A DNA stretch of 64,000 nucleotides from Verrucomicrobiota bacterium (GTDB taxonomy: Bacteria; Verrucomicrobiota; Verrucomicrobiia; Verrucomicrobiales; DEV007): positions 1-64,000 of the forward strand of contig JASFYY010000008.1 of NCBI GenBank assembly GCA_045046875.1. Reading direction: 5' to 3'. Each line of letters starts with the position of its first letter. Position 1 is the stretch's first letter. The position numbers and the translations under genes were made by a program. Shown piece after piece: positions 29,265-39,271 of the stretch. The notes below the pieces were generated by a model. That model worked only from the letters and a program-made list of their open reading frames with translations, was not told where the DNA came from and ran no database searches.

Positions 29265-29786
29265 TTACATTTCACCTCTTCCACGCTTATTTATCCTTTG
29301 AATCGCCAACTTCACTAATATGGGTATTCCCTGACTGTTATGATTATTAAAAGATTCAAGAAGTTGGATATCTGCTTGAGTTCCATGATTCCCGAGATAA
29401 TCGATACTCCTAATTAATACTGACGGATTTAGATTATCTAATTCTTGAGAAAGCGCCATTTTTTTTACAGCAGACAAAATTTTGCCATTGACTAAATTTC
29501 CTTGGTCTAAAAAAAGAATAATATCTGTTTTACGACGGGAACTTGGGTTGGAAGCCATTTCGCTCAAAAGAACATCAACACCTTGATTCCCATACTCAAT
29601 GAGCTCCGATCTAACTTTTTTAATCTTTACTGTATAACTCGCCACATCATCAGGTGCTGCGTCATTTCTAGAGGATTTTAGATCAATATATCTATCAAAC
29701 TTAGAAAGAATCACTTCGCTGTCAGATGCAACGACTATCTGAAACCAACTTAAAAAAAATATTAAAAGCAAATTGGGGGGTTTCAT
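29265..29786 (-). CDS. AT-rich secreted helical (HEAT-like) hypothetical protein, likely with a decayed C-terminal tail
   Basis: Signal peptide MKPPNLLLIFFLSWFQIVVA. Past the stop, the sequence reads on as a Pro-rich linker and, after a frameshift, PYWIFIIG. Confidence 0.6.
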   Translation of the reverse strand: MKPPNLLLIFFLSWFQIVVASDSEVILSKFDRYIDLKSSRNDAAPDDVASYTVKIKKVRSELIEYGNQGVDVLLSEMASNPSSRRKTDIILFLDQGNLVNGKILSAVKKMALSQELDNLNPSVLIRSIDYLGNHGTQADIQLLESFNNHNSQGIPILVKLAIQRINKRGRGEM

Positions 29787-30098
29787 TTAACCGTTACAGA
29801 ATATTTAGATTTTAGTGCCTGATTTTCAATCCCCCCATTAGAAATCCGTTTGACGTCCATCCATTCGTCTCATCCCCGGTTTGCATCCAGTTTCGGCTGT
29901 AATATCTCCACAGGCAGGAGTTACTGTGTTTCTGAGGTAACAGTTCAAAAGTAGATGGAACTCTTATAAAAAACACACGCTCTTTCAAATGCGCCCTCTG
30001 GATGCAATCCCCCCCCCTATGTTGCACTACTGATCGTAGTGCAACATAGGATCTTAAATAGGATTAGCAGGAGGCATCCCCCGCTCCTCACTCCCAGC

Positions 30099-33000
30099 TC
30101 ACTGGCAAGCTTCGCATTCTTCGCCATTCCGCATCGCTTCAATGCTGCAGGCCATTTTTTCTTCTTCGCTGTATTGCTTCTCGCCCATCACTCCACGCAC
30201 ATCTTTTTGCACTTTGGTGGTGGCTTTCTCGACATTGGACGCTTGCAGGGTGCGCAAGTAATACGTCGTTTTCAAACCCTGGTGCCATGCGGCACGATAC
30301 ATGTGAGACATGCTTTTAAGGTCTGGAGTATTCAAGAATAAATTCACCGACTGCGATTGATCGATCCATTTCTGACGGCGAGCCGCCGAGTCAATAAACC
30401 AAGAGTATTCAATGGAAAATGCCGTGGCGTATTTTTTCTTCAAATCCGCAGGGATCTCATCGATGTCAGCAAGCTCTCCATCATAATACTTCAAGCGCTC
30501 AACCATTTCCTCACCCCACAAACCCAGCTCCTTCAAATCACGCGCCAAGTATTGATTCAGTACGATAAAGTCTCCGGACAAGTTGCCTTTAACAAACAAA
30601 TTTTTGAAGGTCGGCTCGATGCAAGGCGTGCTACCCATGATATTAGAGATAGTCGCCGTAGGCGCAATCGCCAACACATTGCTGTTGCGCATGCCTTGTG
30701 AGGCGATTTTTTTCCGCAAGGCATCCCAGTCCATCTTGCTGTCACGCGGCACATCGATCACCTGTCCACGTTCTTCCTCCAACAAAGCCAGCGTATCCAA
30801 CGGCATCAGGCCACGTTGCCATTTTGAACCTTCAAAAGAAGAATAACTACCACGCTCGCCGGCCAAATCCGAAGATGCTTCGTAAGCGTAATAAGCAATC
30901 GCCTCCATGAACTCATCATTAAACTCAACCGCTTCTTGCGAGGAAAATGACGTATCACGCTGATACAGAGCATTTTGCACACCCATCACGCCGAGTCCTA
31001 TCGGGCGGTGACGACCGTTAGCCGTGCGCGCCGCTTCGGTGGGGTAAAAATTAATCCCAATCACATTATCCAAAGCACGAACAGCGATCCTCACCGTCTC
31101 CCGCAACTTGTCATGATCAAGGTTACCCTCCTCATCAAGATGCGAATCGAGCACCACCGAACCGAGATTACAAACCGCTGTCTCTTCTTCATTGGTATTC
31201 AGAGTGATCTCAGTGCACAAGTTTGAACTGTGAATAATACCCGCGTGATCCTGAGGACTGCGCACGTTGCAAGGATCCTTGAAAGTGATCCATGGATGCC
31301 CGGTTTCAAACAGCATCTTCAGCATCTTTTTCCACAAATCCACGGCCGGTATCTCACGCCCGAATATCTCACCAGCTTTGGCTTTTTCTTCATACTCCGC
31401 ATAACGCGTTTCAAAGGCTGCTCCATACAATTCATGCAAATCAGGTGTTTCGTTAGCGCGGAACAAAGTCCAGTTTTCGCGTTTTTCGAGACGCTTCATG
31501 AACAAATCGGGAATCCAGTTCGCGGTGTTCATGTCGTGCGTGCGACGACGCTCGTCACCGGTGTTTTTACGCAACTCCAAAAAGTCTTCGATGTCGTTGT
31601 GCCAGGTTTCCAAATAAGCGCAACCCGATCCACGCCGTTTACCACCTTGGTTGACTGCCACCAACTGGTCATTGTGCAACTTTAAGAACGGGATCACTCC
31701 CTGACTCTCGCCATTGGTGCCTTTGATGTATCCACCAGTGCCGCGAACAGCTGTCCAGCTTCCGCCCAAACCACCTGCCCACTTGGAAAGATAGGCATTT
31801 TCGGAAATACCACGCTGCATGATCGACTCGATGCTGTCCTCCACTTTATAGAGGTAACAAGACGACAACTGCGAATGCAAAGTGCCTGAGTTGAACAAAG
31901 TCGGTGTGGACGAACAGAAACGACGACTGCGATAGAGGTTATAAAGATCGATGATCTTGTCCTCGGCATTCTCTTCCTCGGCGATGAAAAGTCCCATCGA
32001 TACCCGCATCCAGAAAAGCTGGGGAGTTTCGATCCGGCGATGTTTGTCACCGGTTTTATCAACCACCAGATAACGATCATACAACGTCTGAATACCGAGG
32101 TAATCAAAATCCATGTCCGCTGCCGGATCAATCGCTGCTGACAACTTATCAAGATTGTAATGCGTCAGGCGCTCGCTCAAACGCTCGATCTGAATGCCTC
32201 GTGCCAGATTCGCTTTGAATGCACGGCGATGAAACATCGGCAGTTTTTCGACGCCATCCTTGATGATATCCCAACCCAAAACCTCTTCGTAAATATAAGT
32301 CAGCAGAATTCGTCCGGCGAACTTAGCAAAGTCCGCATCTTTTTCGATCAGGCTCTTGGCATTCAGCACCACCGTTTTTTGCAAGTCCTCGGTGGTCATT
32401 TCCGGAAACAAAGCCCGGCGTAGCTCATGATCAATTTCCTCAGCGCTCAAACACAAGTCGAGCCCCATCCTACCAAAGTCGATGCGCTTTTTGAGATCCG
32501 CTCCGTCCCACAAAAAAGTTTCACCATCCGGTTTTTTGACCAGAATCATCGAATCCTGTGCGTCATCGTCGATTTCCTGGGATGAAATTTCCTGCTCTTC
32601 CTGCAAGCGCTGGGCAAAACGATGCGCGCGATAAAGAATGAACGCTTCGGCTACTTTATAATGCCCTAGTTTCATCAAAGTCTCCTGCACCCGGTCCTGC
32701 AAATCCTCGATATGAATGTATTCCTGATTGTTCTTCTTGATCTGAGTCGTCAGCGCGTTCGCCACTTCGGTCGCCGCTCCTGAATCCATGTGCAGTGACA
32801 AAAAAGCACTGCGCACTGCAATCTCAATCTTGTTATGATTCCATGCCACCACTTCCCCGCTGCGACGTATCACCCGTGTTTTCACTTTACCACGTTCATT
32901 ACTGGAAGCTCCTCCTGTGATGCTCAATCCCCCGTTCGTGCCCGCACCATTTTCAGGTTTGCTCTTGCGCCGAATCACCAGACTTTTTGCCACGTCATGG

Positions 33001-33392
33001 GCGTTCTGACGGATCAACGCCCGCTCGATGATCGCCATCATTTCCTCAGCACTGGTGGTATGATCGCTAGCTTTCCCTTCCACACTTTTCACCAACTCCT
33101 TAGCCACTGACTTGGCGATGCCTGCCACCAACTGGCGATTTTCATCGCTGAAAATATTTTCCTCGTTGCGGGACAAAGCCAGATCGGTCAGCGCATTGCC
33201 CACCGTTTCTGCGATCTCAGCAATATCAAAAGCTTTGGTCTGTCCACCCACATTGACCTGCAAAAGATTGGTCGAATCATCATCCAGATCTCCGGTCACT
33301 TCACCCCATTCGAAACGAGGTTTATTTTCTTTGGGAGTCGCAGCGTAGCGCTGCAATTCAAGATCTTCTTCTACAAAATTCCGGGTAATCAT
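30099..33392 (-). CDS. nrdA: Ribonucleoside-diphosphate reductase alpha subunit with multiple N-terminal ATP cones
   Basis: SSTPTLFNSG, LSSCYL, NQGGKRRG, SSNLCTEI, VCNLGS, IAPTATIS, TTYYLRT, C-terminal CEACQ. ATG at 33392. Confidence 0.97.
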   Translation of the reverse strand: MITRNFVEEDLELQRYAATPKENKPRFEWGEVTGDLDDDSTNLLQVNVGGQTKAFDIAEIAETVGNALTDLALSRNEENIFSDENRQLVAGIAKSVAKELVKSVEGKASDHTTSAEEMMAIIERALIRQNAHDVAKSLVIRRKSKPENGAGTNGGLSITGGASSNERGKVKTRVIRRSGEVVAWNHNKIEIAVRSAFLSLHMDSGAATEVANALTTQIKKNNQEYIHIEDLQDRVQETLMKLGHYKVAEAFILYRAHRFAQRLQEEQEISSQEIDDDAQDSMILVKKPDGETFLWDGADLKKRIDFGRMGLDLCLSAEEIDHELRRALFPEMTTEDLQKTVVLNAKSLIEKDADFAKFAGRILLTYIYEEVLGWDIIKDGVEKLPMFHRRAFKANLARGIQIERLSERLTHYNLDKLSAAIDPAADMDFDYLGIQTLYDRYLVVDKTGDKHRRIETPQLFWMRVSMGLFIAEEENAEDKIIDLYNLYRSRRFCSSTPTLFNSGTLHSQLSSCYLYKVEDSIESIMQRGISENAYLSKWAGGLGGSWTAVRGTGGYIKGTNGESQGVIPFLKLHNDQLVAVNQGGKRRGSGCAYLETWHNDIEDFLELRKNTGDERRRTHDMNTANWIPDLFMKRLEKRENWTLFRANETPDLHELYGAAFETRYAEYEEKAKAGEIFGREIPAVDLWKKMLKMLFETGHPWITFKDPCNVRSPQDHAGIIHSSNLCTEITLNTNEEETAVCNLGSVVLDSHLDEEGNLDHDKLRETVRIAVRALDNVIGINFYPTEAARTANGRHRPIGLGVMGVQNALYQRDTSFSSQEAVEFNDEFMEAIAYYAYEASSDLAGERGSYSSFEGSKWQRGLMPLDTLALLEEERGQVIDVPRDSKMDWDALRKKIASQGMRNSNVLAIAPTATISNIMGSTPCIEPTFKNLFVKGNLSGDFIVLNQYLARDLKELGLWGEEMVERLKYYDGELADIDEIPADLKKKYATAFSIEYSWFIDSAARRQKWIDQSQSVNLFLNTPDLKSMSHMYRAAWHQGLKTTYYLRTLQASNVEKATTKVQKDVRGVMGEKQYSEEEKMACSIEAMRNGEECEACQ

Positions 33393-33477
33393 GATTTGAA
33401 TTAGGGTTACAGGTTGGGAGAGGGGCAATAAAAGGTTTAAATAAAAATGCTGGTATTAAAAATTCTGCTAATGCGGT

Positions 33478-34560
33478 TTACAATTCGTCATCGTCTACCA
33501 TGCCAAGAGCCGAGGATTTCTGATATTCGGTGACCGTTTTCTCAAAAAAGTTATTCTCTTTTTTAAGATCCATGGTTTCGGACAACCAGGGAAAAGGATT
33601 TTTCAAACCAGGATTCAGAGGTTTGAGTCCAACCCCTTCCAAGCGGCGATCCGCATTAAAATCAATATACTGACAAAATTCCTCAGCATTCAGGCCAACC
33701 GAACTGACCGGCAGGCAGTCATTGATGAAATCTTTTTCCAGATTCACCGCTTCGATCATCAGATTGGTCAATTCCCGTTTAAAATCCTCCGTCCAGATCT
33801 CTTTGTTCTCACCGATCAGATCCATCAACAGGTTTCTCAACAGCTCAATGTGATTGGACTCGTCACGCAAAGTGTAGCTAAACATCTGGCCGATACCGGG
33901 GAATTTATTCTGCCGATAAAGACTCAAGATCATTCCAAACAAGCCATAAAACTGGGTGCCCTCCATGCACTGACCGAACACAAAAATATTCTTCGCCAAC
34001 AAACGGATATTATCCGGATCCTTCATGTCCAGATCCCTACGCAAAACATGGGAAGTGCGGGTCACAAATTCATTTTTCCGACGAATCGTTTCGATCTGCT
34101 CGAACATCGCCTCACATTCATGCGGATTGATGCCCAGGCTGCTGATCATATACAGCAAACTGTCCGCATGGATATTTTCCTCATGCGCGTGACGCCCTAA
34201 TACCAGCTTCAACTCAGGAGCGGTCACCAATTCGCGGATCACATGCAAAACATTATCGCCCACGATGCCTTCCGCCGCCGAAAAATACCCGATCCCCATA
34301 CGAATGATCCAACGCTCGGCATCACTCAAGTCATCCGACTGCCACTGCTCGATATCCTTCTGCATCGGAATGTCCTCAGGCTCCCAGTGATTGGCCTTCA
34401 TCGCACTGTACAAATCATACGCCCATTGATACTTCAAAGGCAGCAAATTAAAGGTCATAGTCTTGCGGCCATTGATCACCTGCTTGGCGGCAAAAGCCTC
34501 CTCCGCCTTGGTCTGATCCAATACAAAACTCCGGTCACCAATCGTAAACGTCTTTTCCAT
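33478..34560 (-). CDS. nrdB: Ribonucleotide reductase beta subunit, class Ic (Mn/Fe)-type signature
   Basis: FSAAEG, EENIHADSL, MEGTQFY, RDESNH, NFFEKTVTEY. Confidence 0.93.
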   Translation of the reverse strand: MEKTFTIGDRSFVLDQTKAEEAFAAKQVINGRKTMTFNLLPLKYQWAYDLYSAMKANHWEPEDIPMQKDIEQWQSDDLSDAERWIIRMGIGYFSAAEGIVGDNVLHVIRELVTAPELKLVLGRHAHEENIHADSLLYMISSLGINPHECEAMFEQIETIRRKNEFVTRTSHVLRRDLDMKDPDNIRLLAKNIFVFGQCMEGTQFYGLFGMILSLYRQNKFPGIGQMFSYTLRDESNHIELLRNLLMDLIGENKEIWTEDFKRELTNLMIEAVNLEKDFINDCLPVSSVGLNAEEFCQYIDFNADRRLEGVGLKPLNPGLKNPFPWLSETMDLKKENNFFEKTVTEYQKSSALGMVDDDEL

Positions 34561-34736
34561 GTAAAAATGCTGATTTAAAACTTAACTTCGTGAAATTTGC
34601 TTACTGATTTTCAGACTGAATATTATTTTCAAAAATTCTACTAATTTCCAGAATCTAATACTGCCAAAAACATCTAATAATTACATTTTTTGATCCTGAC
34701 TATAGAATATCGTCCTTTTTGTCAGTTTCACCCAAA

Positions 34737-34784
34737 ACACCATATATGGGTGTCTGGCACAGTTTGTAACCCAACATGTAGTGG
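34737..34784. promoter_or_regulatory. Tandem NrdR boxes
   Basis: ACACCATATATGGGTG (34737-34752) and ACCCAACATGTAGTGG (34769-34784), 32 bp apart, upstream of nrdB-nrdA; resemble acaCwAtATaTwGtg. Confidence 0.82.
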
Positions 34785-34983
34785 GTCGACAAGGAAAAAG
34801 TGTAGTTTTATTGAACTTTTTTTCTCCCAAAGCCGTAAATCCCTATAGGACGGCAATTTTTGCTAAGAGGTGCTCAAAATAAAGTGAGCTTAATACTCAA
34901 TTTATCCGAAATACCTGCCTCAAACAGACCTGCAAGCAGACAAATACCCGTCCAATCAGATCACCATTGAAATTCAGGAAAAA

Positions 34984-36195
34984 TCACCTGATTTTGGTCA
35001 TTCTAGGCTCCGAATTTGGATTATTGATCCTAGCCAGCTGCCCCTTTAGCCAATGCAACAGCGCCAGAAAATTCAAAGCCTGTAAAACAACAAACCCTCC
35101 CGCTGCCTTCGATAGGAAAGAGGCGAATGCCCAGGGAAAGGTCACCTTGAAACAACCTGACGCCGCCAGCCCATACGCCGCCAGCTGCAGTAAAAAAACA
35201 AGCCAATAAAACCAGGAGGTATTGAGCAGCAGCATATTGCTCAATAACAACACCAGCAACAGCACCGGCCCCAACAAGCGCAGGTAAACATGCGAGATCA
35301 ACTGCCAGGCCAGACGGTTCACCCACGGAAACATCCAGATCGGATAACGAAACATCACCTGCCATTGACCCGCCACCAGCGGAGCCTCTTTTTTGATCTC
35401 CTCCATTTGCGACCCGCTGTCCACTGCTTCCAATTGATACGCTTTAGCCGACGGAGCAAACAGCACCCGGTGGCCACCCAGAATAATTTTCATTGGTACG
35501 ATCAGTCCATCGTCCAAAACATCCTCGTCAATCGCCTCGTATGCATCACCACGCACCGCATACACCACACGCTGACAAAAAACCGTCGAAGCCAAATCGG
35601 ATTCTTTTTCCAAAACTATCTTTTCCAACTCACGAAAAACATCCAACGACACAGCAGACTCAGCTGCCCCCCCGTCCGCCTGTCCCTGTTCAAGCCAGCC
35701 GGTCACCGCGCCCACTTTTTTGTCCACAAAAGGAGCCACCAAATGGGAAACCGTATCGCTCGCAAAGCGCTGGCCCACATCAGCAAAAACCACCACCTCC
35801 CCTTTGGCTATAGCCACCGCTTGATTCAAAGCCGCCGCCCTGCCATCCTTGCCTCGCTCCAATTCAACCTCCCTCACCCACTGTCCAATACCGCCGTCTT
35901 TCACATCACCATCGGCTTCAGATTTTTCCGTAGAACCACGACCAGTGATCACCAGCACCTCAACCACTTTTTCGTAATCAGATTGCAGCAGATTTTCAAT
36001 CCGCTCCAGCACTCGTGGCTCGTCATGATCCACCACCAGCACCAAGGAAACCGACACCCTGTCGGGCACCTTTTTTGGTACCCGCGGCTTGCCTGACAGC
36101 AATTTATTGAAAAAAGAGAGGACCGCCAATAAAAACGGATAAAGCGCGTAGCTATATATAATCAGAATCAAGCTCAACCAAAATACCCACTGCAT
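34984..36195 (-). CDS. Glycosyltransferase family 2 membrane protein (degenerate motifs)
   Basis: N-terminal TM with YALYPFL, AALNQAV...VVFAD, VGAVTG, C-terminal TM bundle. Confidence 0.8.
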   Translation of the reverse strand: MQWVFWLSLILIIYSYALYPFLLAVLSFFNKLLSGKPRVPKKVPDRVSVSLVLVVDHDEPRVLERIENLLQSDYEKVVEVLVITGRGSTEKSEADGDVKDGGIGQWVREVELERGKDGRAAALNQAVAIAKGEVVVFADVGQRFASDTVSHLVAPFVDKKVGAVTGWLEQGQADGGAAESAVSLDVFRELEKIVLEKESDLASTVFCQRVVYAVRGDAYEAIDEDVLDDGLIVPMKIILGGHRVLFAPSAKAYQLEAVDSGSQMEEIKKEAPLVAGQWQVMFRYPIWMFPWVNRLAWQLISHVYLRLLGPVLLLVLLLSNMLLLNTSWFYWLVFLLQLAAYGLAASGCFKVTFPWAFASFLSKAAGGFVVLQALNFLALLHWLKGQLARINNPNSEPRMTKIR

Positions 36196-36224
36196 AGTTT
36201 ATTTCCTTACTTCGCTGTATTTAA

Positions 36225-37334
36225 TCAAGATAACTCCATACCTGTCAAGACTGTTTCCAATCCATGCGCTTCGCCCACCTCTTTACTAGTCAATTTTCCG
36301 GCCAGGCAATTGATGCCTCCTACCAATTCCGGACGTTGCTGACACGCCTGCTGCAAACCCTGCGTCGCCAGCAACTGAATGTAGGGCAAAGTCACATTGG
36401 TCAAAGCCTGGGTCGAAGTTCGCGCATAAGCTCCCGGCATATTCGCCACACAGTAGTGGATCACTCCCTCTTCTTCAAAAACCGGACTCTCATGCGTCGT
36501 CGGACGGGTGGTCTCCACACAGCCTCCTTGATCCACCGCGATATCCACCAACACCGTGCCTTGCCTCATACTGCGTAACATATCACGAGTCACCAGTTTG
36601 GGTGCCTTGGCTCCGGGAACCAACACCGCTCCAATCAGCAAATCTGTACGCGGCAGCAACTCCATCAAAGCGCCTTCACTCGAATACAAAGTCCGCGCAT
36701 GGGGCATCGCCGTATCCAGCCAGGTCATGCGCTGCGAATCCAATTCCAAAATAGTCGTCTCCGCTCCAATGCCCGTCGCCACTTTGGCCGCATTCACCCC
36801 GCTGGTTCCCCCACCGATGATCGTCACCCGCCCCGGCAGCACACCCGGCACGCCCCCCAGCAAAGTCCCCCGTCCGCCTTCGTGTTTGGCGAGAAAATAG
36901 GCCCCCACCATCACACTCATGCGACCCGCCACCTCACTCATCGGCTCCAGCAAAGGCAGCCGATTACCCACTTGAACCGTTTCATAAGCAATGCCCGTCA
37001 CTCCACTGGCCAGCAAAGTTTCAGTCAGTTTTTTATCCGCCGCCAAATGCAAATAAGTGAACAACATCTGCCCCTCACGCAACATTGCCACTTCCGCAGG
37101 CTGCGGCTCCTTCACTTTCACAATCAAATCCGCCCGCGCAAAAACCTCCGTCGCCGACGCCACCAACTCGGCCCCCGCAGCGACAAATTCCTCATCCAGA
37201 TAATCCGATCCCAAACCCGCACCACTTTCCACCAATACCTCCACCCCGCGCCGCGCCAACTGCCTCGCTCCAAGCGGAACCATGCCCACTCGGCTTTCTT
37301 GTTTTTTGATTTCCCTGGGAATACCGACAATCAT
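36225..37334 (-). CDS. ald: Alanine dehydrogenase
   Basis: GIPREIK, KVKEP, FTYLHLA, PMSEVAGR, GGVPGV, DIAVDQGG, YCVANMPGA. Confidence 0.96.
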   Translation of the reverse strand: MIVGIPREIKKQESRVGMVPLGARQLARRGVEVLVESGAGLGSDYLDEEFVAAGAELVASATEVFARADLIVKVKEPQPAEVAMLREGQMLFTYLHLAADKKLTETLLASGVTGIAYETVQVGNRLPLLEPMSEVAGRMSVMVGAYFLAKHEGGRGTLLGGVPGVLPGRVTIIGGGTSGVNAAKVATGIGAETTILELDSQRMTWLDTAMPHARTLYSSEGALMELLPRTDLLIGAVLVPGAKAPKLVTRDMLRSMRQGTVLVDIAVDQGGCVETTRPTTHESPVFEEEGVIHYCVANMPGAYARTSTQALTNVTLPYIQLLATQGLQQACQQRPELVGGINCLAGKLTSKEVGEAHGLETVLTGMELS

Positions 37335-37338
37335 TGGA

Positions 37339-37373
37339 TTAGGAGTTAGGAGTTAGAATTCAGAAGTTAGGAG
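37339..37373. repeat. Degenerate heptamer tandem repeat (TTAGGAG x5)
   Basis: TTAGGAG TTAGGAG TTAGAAT TCAGAAG TTAGGAG between the VOC gene and ald. Confidence 0.7.
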
Positions 37374-37390
37374 ATAAAATGTTATTTTTC

Positions 37391-37771
37391 CTATCTTTCG
37401 AGGATTTCCACCTCGTAGCCGTCCGGATCGGTAACAAAGGCCATTTTGTTTTTGGCTCCACTAGGAAAAGCCTCGCGCCAATCCTCCGGCCAGATTTCAA
37501 TCCCGTCTTTTTCGAGCTGGTCGCAATAAACCATAATGTCCTCCACCCCGACTGCCGTATGCATCAAATCCTCCGGCACCTCCACTTTGTAATCCGGCGA
37601 ATAACACAGCTCGAGAAAATGCTCATTGCCCTCCAGTTCCAAAAAAGCCAACTGGTTGCCAGCCGGAGATTTATCCGTGCGACGAGTGCATTCAAAACCC
37701 AGCTTGGCATAAAAAGCAATCGTCACCTCCAGATCACTGACCCGAACCCGCGTATGTAAAAATTTGATCAT
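37391..37771 (-). CDS. VOC family protein (glyoxalase I / lactoylglutathione lyase-like)
   Basis: LHTRVRVSDLE, LELCY, HTAVGVED, FVTDPDGYEVEI. Confidence 0.88.
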   Translation of the reverse strand: MIKFLHTRVRVSDLEVTIAFYAKLGFECTRRTDKSPAGNQLAFLELEGNEHFLELCYSPDYKVEVPEDLMHTAVGVEDIMVYCDQLEKDGIEIWPEDWREAFPSGAKNKMAFVTDPDGYEVEILER

Positions 37772-37885
37772 AAACCATCATTTGCCTTGCCAGGGGAAAT
37801 TGCAAGATCAGAAGCACTGAAATTCCATAATCATCCTTCCCCCCTTCATAATTTCTTGTTCAACACTCAACATTCCCAACTCCCC

Positions 37886-39046
37886 TCACTCTCCGCCCAC
37901 CTTCAGCCCACTCGGCACCCTTTCCGGCACTCTTTTATCCCAGGTCTCATCATTCAAGGCATCGAGAAAAGCCAGCACATCCTCAAAATCCTCGGCCTCC
38001 AGATGCAGATGTTTCAGCAGCGGATCAAAAGGAGGATCGGTCTCCGCACCTCCATCAATCACCTCCGCCGCCGCATCCATCAGCTTCTCATAAAAAACCA
38101 TCACTTCATCCAATGTTCGTTTTCTACCATGATGCAGGTAGGGGGCGGTATAACGCAAATTGCGTAGCGTCGGCGTTCGCATCGCTTGACGATCATCCCT
38201 GCCCGTGCCTGTCACATCAATGAAGTGCAATTTGAAATCCGAAAACATCGGCCCACCATGGCAATGCACACAACCCGCCTTCTCATAAGTCTTCAACCCT
38301 CGCAACTGTTGCGCAGTCAAGGCCATTTTGTCACCACGCATGAAGCGATCGAAAGGTGCGTTATTTGCCAATAAACTACGCTCAAAAGCAGCGATCACTG
38401 CCGCCACTTTTCCAGCTGTCACTTCACCTTCTTTTCCCTCCGGTTTCTCTTCAAAAAAAACCTTGGCAAACTTCTTTCGATACTCGTCCACCCCGCTCAC
38501 CCTTGCCACCATCCGCTCAACCGCCTGTGATTCCGGACAGTCATTGCCACGCATCTCCGCCTGCATGCGAATCGGATGAAACAGCTGCGCTTCCAGACCA
38601 CTTTCCCGTGTATCCAAAAACATCGGCGCTTTTTTTGGATCATAATCCTGACCGCTCACCAAGCCATTAAAAGCCACATTCAACAATCCCGGAGTATTCC
38701 GCACCAAGATCCCTATGCCCTCCGTTTTCACCGGTAATCGTCTTGGCCCGATCCCCTTACCACCCACGCCAAGCGGAGTCGCCCGTCCATCCGCCCAACC
38801 ATAATCCGGATGATGACAAGTCGCACAGGCCACCTTTTTTGTTGCCGATAAAATCGGATCAAAAAACAACAACCGCCCCAGTTCTACTTTTGCAGGCGTA
38901 GAAACATTATCATCCGGATCAACTGAGCGAAGCGGCAATGCCTCCAATTTCATCTCCGGCGGCGGTGGAACTTTCTGCGCCAGAACAGTCTGCGCCGTCA
39001 CCAACATAATCAGCGAGAATATTGATCCTGTTTTATGAACTCCCAT
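37886..39046 (-). CDS. Di-heme cytochrome c peroxidase (CCP/MauG family)
   Basis: LGRLLFFDPILS, CATCH, RNTP, CVHCH, TPTLRN, APYLHHG. Confidence 0.9.
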   Translation of the reverse strand: MGVHKTGSIFSLIMLVTAQTVLAQKVPPPPEMKLEALPLRSVDPDDNVSTPAKVELGRLLFFDPILSATKKVACATCHHPDYGWADGRATPLGVGGKGIGPRRLPVKTEGIGILVRNTPGLLNVAFNGLVSGQDYDPKKAPMFLDTRESGLEAQLFHPIRMQAEMRGNDCPESQAVERMVARVSGVDEYRKKFAKVFFEEKPEGKEGEVTAGKVAAVIAAFERSLLANNAPFDRFMRGDKMALTAQQLRGLKTYEKAGCVHCHGGPMFSDFKLHFIDVTGTGRDDRQAMRTPTLRNLRYTAPYLHHGRKRTLDEVMVFYEKLMDAAAEVIDGGAETDPPFDPLLKHLHLEAEDFEDVLAFLDALNDETWDKRVPERVPSGLKVGGE

Positions 39047-39271
39047 CGCATGACCACCTTACACCGAAATGCAGCTATTCAGAATCTAATAAATCAGCAT
39101 GGATCGACAGGGTGAAAACTACATTGTGGAAACTCACCCTTTTAAAACCCTGTAGATCCGGTCCATCCATGCCAATTCTTCCTGTTTGCCGGGCCCCACA
39201 ACATAAAACCCGGACCCTTATTTTAAAATACCCTTGAATGACAGCAAATCCCCATCGACACTGCCAGCCTC

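Noticed and set aside
29812..30027. Toxin-immunity pair with 29265-29786
   Set aside because: No toxin motif recognisable; only treated as an AT-rich remnant.
30099..33392. Intein or intron in nrdA explaining its length
   Set aside because: The extra length is N-terminal ATP-cone repeats; the catalytic region is continuous with no splice motifs seen.
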